Shown here in pieces: positions 52,188-64,000 of a stretch of 64,000 nucleotides of DNA (within the stretch, counting starts at the first letter, position 1; each line of letters begins with the position of its first letter). A program made the position numbers and the translations under genes. The notes beneath the pieces were generated by a model. It ran no database searches, was not told the origin of the DNA, and saw nothing but the letters and a program-made list of their open reading frames with translations. The DNA comes from Octopus vulgaris (taxonomy: Eukaryota): positions 76,012,001 to 76,076,000 of the forward strand of contig OX597826.1 in assembly GCA_951406725.2 (NCBI GenBank), in the 5' to 3' direction.

Positions 52188-52485
52188 ATAGGAGAAGGAA
52201 AGACAGAGGGAAAAAAAAAAGGATAAGATTGTTATTTTAAATAGCAATCAAACCTAGTAGCAGTATGAGAAGAAAAAACCTTATAGGTTATAATAATTAT
52301 TAAAATTATAAATAAGGGTATTTACGAGATAGCACCATACTTGAAATAGCAGTCAAAACCTGACTCTAAAACCACATCATTGTGGTGTACTGAATACTTG
52401 ATGCGGTTTTAGAGTCAGGTTTTGACTGCTATTTCAAGTATGGTGCTATCTCATAGATACCCTTATTTATAATTTTACATATATA

Positions 52486-52525
<40 letters not shown>

Positions 52526-54349
52526 AGCACTCTGTCAGTTATGACGATGAGGGTTCCAGTTGATCCGATCAACGAAACAGCCTGTTCATGAAATTAAAGT
52601 GCAAGTGGCTGAGCACTCCACAGACACGTGTACCCTTAACGTAGTTCTTTGGGGAGATTCAGCGTGACACAGAGTGTGACCAGGCTGGCCCTTTGAAATA
52701 CAGGTACTACTCATTGTTGGATGTTGAGTGGACTGGAGCAACGTGAAATAAAGTGTCTTGCTCAAGGATACAATGTATCACCTGGGATTGAATTCATGAC
52801 CTTACGATCACGAGCTGAATGCCCCTAACCACTAAGTCACGTGCCTTCACTCCGCCATGATAGATCACTAGCCTCTTTTACTTTCCCTGTTTATTTCTGT
52901 GTTCCTTTCTGTTTAAGAGCATAGGCTCGAAACATAAAAGACTTTCTCACTTTCTGAGCGTTAAACTAATACATCTGTATGTTCTTTACACACCTGTCTT
53001 CGTCTTTTGTTTTTTGGTAAATACTCACTTTTCTGCAACAGAATGTCTTTGTTGAGGATTTCTAAAGATACAATAATAATTTGTTGATGTCATCTGCATT
53101 CTTAATTCTGTCTCCTTTCCAAAGAATAAAACGACCAGCATCTGGCAGTGAGAAAGGCCCAGAAGGTAAGTGTTGCGGCACAGACACAGCCAAATGAGTG
53201 AGACCACTAAAAGAATTAGGTACATAAAAGCATAGATCAACAGTTGTGTGTAGAACAGGCATATAGGGTTCTTGACTATCAAAAGCTAATTGTTGGATTC
53301 AAATGTCACACACAACATATGTCAGATCATGTACGATAAACAATAAACGTTGCCCTTTCCAAGCCTAGCCAGGCTCATGGGCCCGGTTTCCAGGTTTCTG
53401 TGGCATGTGTGTTTCCCCCAGCTGGACGGGACGCGAGTCCATCGTAGTGTTACTCAAGAAACAGGGAAAGACTGAGAGAGCAAATTGGGGCGAAAAAGTA
53501 CAACAGGGGTCACCACTACCCCCTGCCAGAGCCTTGTGGAGCTTTAAGTGTTTTTGCTCAATAAACACACACAACACCCGATCTGGGAATCGAAACCGTG
53601 ATCCTCCAACCGCGAGTCCGCAGCCCTAACCACTGGGCCATTGTGCCTCCACATCAGATCATGTACAGCACAACACAATGCATCTCAAATCATGTACAAT
53701 GCAATACAACACATTTCTGTGTCACACACAACATAGCACAGGGATGGGCAACTTTCAAGAAGCAAGTCGCAGGAGACATGACTCATTACGCACCCTACAC
53801 TATTAAGAAAATTCAAAATAATATTTCATCAGGCAGGCCATTCAGAAAGTCCTACAGGTCACAGTTTGCCCACGAATGGTATAACATACATCACACCCAA
53901 CACTAAATATTAGGTCACAAACAACATATTGCTACACACAGTTCTGCATTGTTTATTTTTAGTTCAGTTTGAAAGTTTCCAGTTGACAAATGAAACAGTT
54001 TTCAGAGTAAAATATTTCAGTTATTTTCAACATCTAGGGCACAGGGTGTAGGTAGTATGTATTTATGAACAGAAGGGTTACAGGGAAGCACACAACGAAA
54101 GCATCCTGAAGGAAACAGTAAAAACTACAACGTTAACATCAACAACTGGGAAGTTTTGGTTCCAGACAGGAGGAGCTTAGAGTTTCCTTATTCATCGGGT
54201 ACCATGTCACTTTGAACAATCTACCAAGAATATTGTGAGATCTAGAACATTGTGAAGCCAGGAGAGAGAAGAAAACAATTAACCATTATCAACATCCTTC
54301 TTCTTTTCAGGCACTGAATAACATCTCCCCTCCCCATGCCTCCTCCCAC

Positions 54350-55057
54350 ATTCCTTTCCCTATTTTTAGAGTTGGCACAGTCAATGTAGGCACACTGAAA
54401 GGTAAGTCTAGTGAGATTGCAGAGATGCATGAATGGAGACGTGGTGATGTATGCTGCATACAAGAGGTAAGGTGGAAAGGAGTTTCATTTAGGGCCTTCA
54501 CAGGCAAGGCACATATGTAAAAATTCTTCTGGGAAGGTAACAGTGATGGAGTAGGGGGTGTAGGCATACTCCTTGTGGAGAAATGGGTGAATAAGGTCAT
54601 AGAGGTAGTCAGGGTAAGCGATAGAGTGCTTAAGCTCAGGCTAGTCCTGCAGAATAGTATAGCTACAATTATCTCTGCCTATGCCCCACAAGCGGGCTAC
54701 CAAACTATCAGAAAGACCACTTTTATGACACTCTTCTACAGGCCACCCCAAAGACAAGTGGCAATGACCTCATCTTTGCGGCTGGAGATTTTGATGGATA
54801 TTCGGATGGCAATCCAGTATCTTCTATGGTGTTCATGGGAGGGCCATGGAATTGGTTCCCAAAACGAAGAGGGAACTAGGCTACTGGAGTTCCGTGATGC
54901 ATGCAACCTGTTACTCTGCAACACTAACTTCAGGAAGCCAGACAGCCACTTGATAATCTATCAGTCGGGTGACTCTGCTGGCCAGATTGATTTCATCCTC
55001 ACCAGACAATAGGAGGCAGGGTTGCTCCTAAATACAAAGACCCTCCCTGGTGAAGAA
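54350..55057 (+). mobile_element. RTE LINE apurinic-like endonuclease domain, degenerate
   Basis: RVGTVNVGTLKGKSSEI...DVCCIQEVRWKG, GVGGVGIL, IISAYAPQAG, NEEGTRLLEF, CNTNFRK, QIDFIL. Confidence 0.92.
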
Positions 55058-56201
55058 TGTTTAACATCTGCTTTCCATGCTAGCATGGGTTGGACGATTT
55101 GACTGAGGACTGGCGAACCAGATGGCTGCGCCAGGCTCCAATCTGCGCTGGCAGAGTTTCTACAACTGGATGCCCTTCCTAACGCCAACCACTCTGAGTG
55201 TAATGGGTGCTTTTACGTGCCACCTGCACAGGAGCCGGTCCTGTGGCACTGGCAATGACCTCACTCAAATGTTTTGTGTGTGTGTATGTAACATCATCAT
55301 CATCGTTTAACGTCCGTTTTCCATGCTGGCATGGGTTGGACAATTTGACTGAGGACTGGTGAACCAGATGGCTACACCAGGCTCCAATCTGATCTGGCAG
55401 AGTTTCTGCAGCTGGTGATGCAATGTTAATAATAATGGTGTTGGCTGTAGTGTTAACTAATAATAATAGTTGTACTATGATGGGCTGCAGATAACGATTG
55501 TACAGGTGTAGTGTATATAACAATCTCTCTGGGGTGGTTGCACTGGTGTAGTCATGTAATATAATAATTGAGGTGTGGTGAAAGCATTCAAAGTGTGGTA
55601 GTAGCAAATAGAGGTGTGGTGGCAGCAATGAAGATGCTGAAGTAGCAATCAAAGTGTAACACTTGCATAAGATATAGAGGTGGTAGCAGTAGCAATGGTG
55701 GGGTGTGGTGAGAGCAATTGAGGAATGACAGCAGAAGTGTAGCAATGTCAACAGAGAAACGAAGGTAACTAGAGTAATATAAAAATCTCCGATAAGCAAA
55801 CATAATGCAAAAGGTGAAGCAGACAGGACGACTAACGACAAATTATCAATGACTAGTAAAAGCATTAAGGGAAAAAAAAAGTGTCAAAAGGGACATTTAA
55901 CAAGAAATAACAAACTCTTGTCTACCTGGATCTCCTAAACTAAATACCCTAATTAAAAAGCGGAATGTTGTTCAGACAGTTATGATTGATTGATTGATAT
56001 ACATACATATATCCCTCTCTCTCTTTTGGAGAGGCACTGAGCAGCTATACGCACACATACACACACGGCAGTAACTTCCACCTACCGAATTCAATCACAA
56101 AGCTTCGGTCGACTCGGGGCTATAGCGGAAGACACCTACCCAAAGTGCCACGCAGTGGGACTGAACCCGAAACCATGTATTTGGGAAGCAAGCTCCCTAA
56201 C

Positions 56202-56249
<48 letters not shown>

Positions 56250-56485
56250 CTTTATCAAAAAGTGGCAAAAATATCACAGAAACCATTACTCAGAGTTTCA
56301 TGTTTCCGACAAACAGAAATGTGAAACTCTGAGTAACAGTTTTTGCGATTTTTTGCTGCTTTTTAATAAAGCATATTACTCTATCTCTGGTATTCAAGTA
56401 CTATTTTCTCCACCTTGTTTCGCATTTATGTTCTTACTTCGGATATATATATATATATAATATGTGGCAATTATTTGGTAGCCAT

Positions 56486-56546
56486 GATAGAACTCTGAGT
56501 TTCGAATGTTGGGGAAGAAACCCACACTGGCATTTCTTCAGTTATC
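56486..56546 (-). ncRNA. Candidate type-I hammerhead-like motif with long stem II (homologues at 3151-3211 + and 21869-21926 -)
   Basis: GATAA-CTGAAGA-AATG...CATT-C-GAAA-CTC-a-GAG-TT-CTATC. There is one extra nucleotide before GAAA. Confidence 0.45.
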
Positions 56547-57168
56547 GAGCCATCAAAAAAAAAAAAAATGAATAAGCTATCAGATAAAACTTGAGGACCC
56601 TGCCAAAACTAATGACAGGGAACATGAAATTGGAATAACTAGGTGTGCGGTATCAGCTGCAATAACCATAAATATATTGAATACTGTTTGGAACTTTGAG
56701 CCAGGGCTGGCTCAAGGTACCAGCAACTCAGGCAGTCACCTGAGGTACCATGTGCTAGGAGGAGCCAAGGAGGGTGTGACAAAGACAAAGAAATCTCCAT
56801 GACTGTCAGCTTGTACATGCTGAAGTTCAGCTTGCTTGGGGTACCAGCAACCCTAGGACCAGCCCTGCTTCCAGCCTGTACCAAAGTGCACAACACACAC
56901 ACACACACACACAATGTGTGAAGAAAGTGTGAGAGACAGAAAGGGAATTTTCTCAAAGCTGTAAAATCTTCACCCTGATAATTCCAAGCTACCTATGGCC
57001 AGTCTTTAGATGACAGTGGAGCTTTGAAACATTACAACGGCAAGAATTTAAATACCACAGTGAGAAGCAATCACCAAATAAACATTTGATAATGATAGTG
57101 GTGTCAACTTATTAGACATTACCGGAAATTGAGAAACTAGCAGTTTTAAACCACATCATAAACGAAAA

Positions 57169-57204
<36 letters not shown>

Positions 57205-57374
57205 AGATGAGTACCAATGTTTGCATGTAATAGGCTTGATAATTGTTACTGAAAAATTTCTCTCTACATGAAACAATTGGTAGCCTTGTTGTTAACTCAC
57301 AAATAAAGAATATCTATCCATCAATGCGCTGTCATGCACACATTTTCACTGTTCGATATTAGCATATATATATA

Positions 57375-57422
<48 letters not shown>

Positions 57423-58025
57423 TCACAATACATACATAGACACGCACATGCACATGTGTGTGTGTGTGTGTGTGTGTGGTGTGTTTATAACACAATTGTC
57501 CAAGGTGGAATAGTGGGATAGCATGACTGCAAAGCCAACACCTTAAGCACTTAACCATGATCTGTGAACAATAGTGTGTCACAGGTTACAGGTTTCTAAT
57601 GCGCCAGCCATTGACTCACGGAAATTCTAACAGTGAAGAGTAACAATAACAAGGGAGTGTCACTAGATCTTTGTTGCATGAATGCTATGCATTAGCAAAA
57701 GACATACACATACCCACACAATACACACACACACACTGTCATACATACACACCTCTTTCATTGTATGTCATCATCATCATCACTTAATGTCCATATTCCA
57801 TGCTGGCATGGGTCGGACAGTTTTAACATGAGCTGGGAAGCTACAGGGCAGCACGAGGTTCCAACTGTCTGCTCTGCATGCTTTCTACAGCTGGTTGCCC
57901 TTGCTGACACCAACCATGTTACAGAAAGAGCATCTGTCTCAGTAAACCAATGCAAGCATGAAAATGTGAGTATTGAAATGATAATGATGGTGAGGATGTG
58001 AGTGTATGCATGTGTGTGTGTGTGA

Positions 58026-58065
<40 letters not shown>

Positions 58066-58273
58066 CTGTATATGCATGTATATGTATATATATATATATA
58101 TGTATATAAAATACAAAATGGGACAAGAACGCAAAACATCTGGACAGCTAGGTGAACAAAAAGGGACAACAAAACATCCAGATAGACGATACAAAAAAAA
58201 CAAGGACGGGTCATTTGAAGCTTTTTATCCTCAGTCAGGAACGGGATCATCCTCACAATTTCGGTTGATTAAT

Positions 58274-58327
<54 letters not shown>

Positions 58328-58392
58328 ATAATATAAATAATATACAAATATATGCATATATACACACATATATGTACATACCTACATATATG

Positions 58393-58752
58393 TGAGTTCA
58401 AATTCCGCCATGGTTGACTTTGCCTTTCCTCCTTTCAGGGTCGATAAATTAATTACGAGTTACGCACTGGAGTCAATGTAATCGACTTAATCCCTTTGTC
58501 TGCCCTTATTTGTCCCCTCTATGTTTAGCCCCTTGTGGGCAATAAAAAAATAAGAAACATTAGCACAACGGGTAAAATGCTCAGCAGTGTTTTGTCTGTC
58601 TGTATATTCTGAGTTCAAATTCCGTGGAAGTCAACTTTGCCTTTCATCTTTTCGGGGTCGATAAATTAAGTACCAGTTGCATACTGGAGTTGATCTAATT
58701 GACTGGCCCCCTCCCCTTAAAATTTCGGGCCTTGTGCCTAGAGTAGAAAAGA
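58393..58752 (+). mobile_element. Two family-B SINE copies in tandem
   Basis: gagttcaaattccg...ttgcctttc...gtcgataaattaa occurs twice. Confidence 0.82.
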
Positions 58753-58842
58753 TTGTTTCACCAACATCTGTTGAAGATTCATCAGTCATGCAATGACACT
58801 GCTAAATCAAACTCTACTCCACAGAATATATGGGTACATATT

Positions 58843-59248
58843 ACTCTTTACTCTTTTACTTGTTTCAGTCATTTGACTGTGGCCATGCTGGAGCACCGCC
58901 TTTAATCGAGCAACTCGACCCCGGGACTTATTCTTTTGTAAGCCCAGTACTTATTCTATCGGTATCTTTTTGCCGAACCGCTAAGTAACGGGGACATAAA
59001 CACACCAGCATCGTTTGTCAAGCAATGCTAGGGGGACAAACACAGACACACAAACACACACACGCATATATATATATACATATATACGATGGGCTTCTTT
59101 CAGTTTCCATCTACCAAATCCACTCACAAGGCTTTGGTCGGCCCGAGGCTATAGTAGAAGACACTTGCCCGAGGTGCCACGCAGTGGGACTGAACCCGGA
59201 ACCATGTGGTTCGTAAGCAAACTACTTACCACACAGCCACTCCTGCGC
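58843..59248 (-). mobile_element. Young full-length SINE family A
   Basis: Near-identical to 41852-42260. Confidence 0.92.
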
Positions 59249-60868
59249 ATATATTGATTCTATTACAACCATTTCACATACACATACACACACACACATG
59301 CACTCAGACACACACATGCACTCACACATATACAAACACATGCAAGTCATCTGTCAATCTCTAAAGATATAGTACAAAACACTCGCTCAATATGCTCCAC
59401 TAGTGAACTGAACTCAGAGCAACCTGGCTTCAAAACGGACGTTTTTAACCACACAGCTATCTAATACTGAAGCACACCCAAATCACACTGGCAATATTAT
59501 TAATGTTGTAAGCTTTATCTAGACCAAAATAAATACAACAATTAACACACACACAGTGTACCCTAGCAACCAACTGTGATGAGTTTGATTGCAGAATAAA
59601 GGCTGCCATTAACAATGAATATAACAAAAATTACAGGATTGTTATGACAACGTAAGTCTTATGATTGTCGTCCATTGAAAAACAGCAGAAACAAAGTATA
59701 AGGCACTTGAGGAGCCTGTATGTGACCTCCAGAAATGCTAGAAATAAAAGCCAAATCTCCTGCAAAGCACACTCTTACTGTATTCAAAGAAAAAAATAAG
59801 AGATGTATTTGACAATATAGTCCTGGTTTTGTAATACCTAGTAAAAACAAGTGATGATTCTAATTGGAAAGCTTGAGATTCTATCCCTGGACAATATGAG
59901 CTGACCAATGCCATAACAATATTCTTTTCTACTCTAGGCACAAGGCTCGAAATTTTGGGGGAGTGGGCCAGTCAATTAGATCAACGCCAGTACGCAACTG
60001 GTACTTAATTTATCAAGTCCAAAAGGAGGAAAGGTAAAGTTGACCTTGGCAGAATTTGAACTCAGAATCTAAAGACAAACGACGCCCAGCGTGCTAACAT
60101 TTCTGCCAGCTCACCACCTTAATAATAATGATGATGATGATGATAATAATAATAATCTTTCCTACTCTAGGCACAAAGTCCGAAATTTTGTGGGAGTGGG
60201 CCAGTCAATTAGATCAACACCAGTATGCAATTGGTACTTAATTTATCGATCCCAAAAGGATGAAAGGCAAAGTTGACCTTGGTGGAATTTGAACTCAGAA
60301 CATAAATACACATATACTTTCTCTTTCATTCTTTTACTGGATTCAGTCATTTGATAGTGGCCATGCTGGAGCACTACCTTCAGTCAAACAAATCGTCCCC
60401 GGGACTTATTCTTTGTAAGCCTAGTACTTATTCTATCAGTCTCTTTTGCCAAACTGCTAAGTTATGGGGACGTAAACACACCAACATCGGTTGTCAAGTG
60501 ATGGTGGGGGGGGGGACAAACACAGACACATAAATATATATATATGTATGTATGTATGTCTGTATAACATAAGGTATAATTATAAATGGCAAATTTTAGC
60601 CATTTCTCCGTAGACTGCAAAAATGATGAACGACCTTAATCGATTTTCGAACCTTATTGGGTTCTGATCAAAGGCATCCTCACCATGACGGGCTTCTTTC
60701 AGTTTCCGTCAACCAAATCCACTCAGAAGGCTTTGGTTATCCCGAGGCTATAGTAGAAGACACTTGCCCAAGGTGCCATGCAGTGGGACTGAACCCAGAA
60801 CCACACAGCCATGCCTGCACCTAAACACAACACACACACGAACAGATGATGTGTGTGTGTATATATAT

Positions 60869-61108
<240 letters not shown>

Positions 61109-61184
61109 CTTAGTTAAGACAGGTGTTGCAGGGTTGTGGTTATCTGAATCAGTTGACACATGTATATATGCATGTTTGTGTTCA

Positions 61185-62736
61185 TGAACCAGATGGCTGC
61201 ACCAGGCTCCAATCTGATCTGGCAGAGTTTCTACAGCTAGATGCCCTTCCTAACACCAACCACTCCAAGAGCATTGTGGGTGTTTTTACATGTCACCTGC
61301 ACGAAGGCCAGTCAGGTGGTATTGGCAACAGCCATGCTCAAATGGTGTTTTTTACATGCCACCTGCACAGGAGCCAGTCTAGTGGCACTGGCAACGACCT
61401 CGCTCAAATTTCTTTTTTTCATGTGCCACCGGTACAAGTGCCAGTAAGGCTACGCTGGTAATGATCATGCTTGAATGGTGCTTATTACGTGCCACCAGCA
61501 TGGGAGCCAGTCAGCTGCTCTGGCATCGATCATGCTCGGATGGTGCTCTTAGCTCTCCACTAGCACAGATGCCAGTCATCAAATTTGATTTTGATTTCGA
61601 TTTCACTTGCCTCAACAGGTCTTCGCAAGCAGAGCTTAGTGTCCAATGAAGGAAAGATATGCATAAGTCGGCTGGTTACACCCCTACCATAAGCCACGAG
61701 ATTATGGTCTCATTTAGCTTGCCGGGTCTTCTCAAGCACAGCATCCCAGGTCTTCCTGGGTCTACCTCATCTACAGGTTCCCTCAACCGCTAGGGTATGG
61801 CACTTTTTCGCACAGCTATCTCCATCCATTCTCGCCACATGGCCATACCAGCACGGTCGTCTCTCTTGTACACTACATCTGATGCTTCTTAGGTCCAACT
61901 TTTCTCTCAAGGTACTTAACATTCTGTCAAGTATGCACACTGACATTACACATCTATCGATCATACTTGGCTTCATTCTTTGTGAGCTTACGCATGTCCT
62001 CAGCAGTCACAGCCCATGTTTCACTGCCATGTAGCATGGCTGTTCGTACAGATGCGTCATGCAGTCCACCTTTTACTCTGAGCGAGAGGTCCTTTGTCAC
62101 CAGCAGAGGTAAGAGCTCTCTGAACTTTGCCCAGGCTATTCTTATTTTAGCAGCTACACTTTCAGCACATCCTCCCCCGCTACTGACTTGGTCACCTAGG
62201 TAACGGAAGCTATCAACTACTTCTAGTTTTTCTCCCTGGAATGTGGCAGAAGTTGTTCCCTGCATATTTTCAGTGTTTATTGCTCCTGAGCATCTACCAC
62301 ATACAAAAACTATCTTCCTAGTTAGCCATCCTTTGATATTGTTGCACCTCTTATGTGTCCATAGCTTACTCTGGGTACATCTTATAGAGTTTCTACCTAT
62401 GCCTCTACTACAGGACTTTGGTTTTAGTTAGGTTGACTCCAAGGCCCTTCGATTCTAATCCTTGTTTCCATACCTGAAACTTCTCCTCTAGTTCTGATAG
62501 TGAATCAGCAATTAGAGCAAGGTCATCAGCATAGAGGAGCTCCCAAGGGCATCCTGTCTTGAATTCCTCTGTTATTGCCTAGAACAATGATAAAATAGGA
62601 GGGGACTAAGGACTGAACCTTGGTGGACCCCTACCTCTACCTGGAATTCTTCAATGTACTTGTTGCCAACCCTCACATTACTGAGAGCGTCCCTGTACAT
62701 GGCTTGCACAGCTCTCACTAACCATTTATCTATCCC
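61185..62736 (-). mobile_element. 5'-truncated RTE-clade LINE (RT domain, C-terminus and 3' UTR)
   Basis: GVHQGSVLSPLLF, CPWELLYADDLAL, FRYLGDQV, RIAWAKFRELLP, MLHGSETW and WYGHVARM, followed by the UTR shared with the many (GAT)n-tailed fragments. Confidence 0.93.
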
Positions 62737-63688
62737 TATATATATAAACACATATACATACATATGCCAAGTATGGGGGTTTAGTTCACAGGTGATCTAA
62801 ATGACAAGGTGTGCTAGGTGAGTGCTGTATCAGATTACTAGGATTCCAAGGAAGGTTATAGCCGAGATGGTAGTTATGGAGATATTGCAGATTTCCGATA
62901 TAGAGGATATATAATTGTTTAAGAGGCCAACAAACGTTAAGGCAAGACAAATATCTCAAGTCATATACAATATTATTTATGACTTGAGATGTTTGCCTTG
63001 TCTTAACGTTTGTTGTCATCATCATCATCGATTAACATCCGTTTTCCATGCTGGCATGGGTTATATATATGTATGTATATATTTATGTGTGTGTGTCTAT
63101 GTTTGTCCCCCCACCCAGCCATCGCTTAACAACTAATGTTGGTGTGTTTACGTCCCTGTAACTTAGCAGTTTGGTAAAAAGAGGCCGATAGGGTAAGTAC
63201 TAGGCTTACAAAGAATAAGTCCTGGGATCGATTTATTTGACTAAAGGCAGTGCTCCAGCATGGCTGCAGTCAAATCATGTAGTCTTGGGTTCAGTCCCAT
63301 TGCATGGCAACTTGAGCAAGTATTTCCCACTATAGCTCAGGGCTGAACAAAGTCTTCTGAGTGGATTTGGTCGAGGGAAACTGAAAGAAGCCCATCACAT
63401 ATAGCCTAGTGGTTGCATGATCTAGTAGTTAAGGGTGTTGCACTCACAATTGCAAGATCACTTTGGCACCTGACATGTGGTGCACTGTGCAAAACCATCT
63501 TTGTCTAACTACAAGAGACTCATGATAGATCGCTAGCCACCACACATTCTTTATTTTCTCTCCTTATTTCTTTCTGTGGAAGAGCATAGGCTCGAAACGT
63601 AAAAGACTTTTTCACTTCCCCAGCATTATATAATACATCTGTTTGTTGTCTACCCACCTGCCTTCATCTTTTGTTTTTTGTGAATTCT

Positions 63689-63725
<37 letters not shown>

Positions 63726-64000
63726 CATCATCATTTAGCAAGGTGAGAAATATATTATCTTGCTCAGAATCAGGTGAAAGTTGGCAATGGGAAGAACAAC
63801 CAACCACAGAAAAAACCAGCCTCAACAAATTCCATCTGACCCAAAATGCAAATACGGAAAGGCTAACTTTAAATGATGATGATGGCTTATGAAAAGGAAT
63901 AAGCAAAGGGAGACTGACGTATATACCAGAATACACAAAGGGTGGAATGCTAACCAATGGGAATATATGCTGAAGAGCAAAGAAATGAGTCTAAATTTTA

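Noticed and set aside
53030-53172. Plus-strand exon suggested by a strong AAG|GTAAGT donor
   Set aside because: No recognisable product or partner exons, and such motifs are expected by chance in 64 kb.
55420-55860. 228-aa minus-strand ORF (55179-55865)
   Set aside because: It crosses a decayed GTG/TAG-rich low-complexity tract and RTE UTR fragments, with no domain signature.
56639-56956. LLAHGTSG as the missing GIPC AHGSPTG exon
   Set aside because: Flanking residues do not match GH1, no suitable splice sites were seen, and it lies in a small element bounded by agggctgg / ccagccct inverted ends.

Overview
AT-rich, repeat-dense eukaryotic DNA. The SINE families and the (TA)n/(TG)n/(GAT)n load suggest an octopus or other coleoid mollusc (inference). 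The only convincing host gene is a GIPC-family PDZ adaptor on the minus strand, with two coding exons (17500-17869 and 8218-8321) that have canonical GT-AG sites and compatible phases. I found neither the first coding exon nor the C-terminal exon(s) in the window, so most of it is probably intronic. The rest is decayed mobile DNA: several tRNA-derived SINE families, RTE, CR1 and RLE-type LINE fragments, a Penelope-like GIY-YIG fragment, mariner/Tc1 relics, hAT and other MITEs, a Helentron-like element, two 5S rRNA pseudogenes, an 88-bp minisatellite and many microsatellites. Most ORFs in the supplied track are microsatellite or SINE artefacts. The most interesting unannotated signal is a set of minimal type-I hammerhead-ribozyme-like motifs in at least four short Penelope-like repeat families. 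Several have a non-canonical CCGA core, and two copies sit at the apex of long fold-back inversions.
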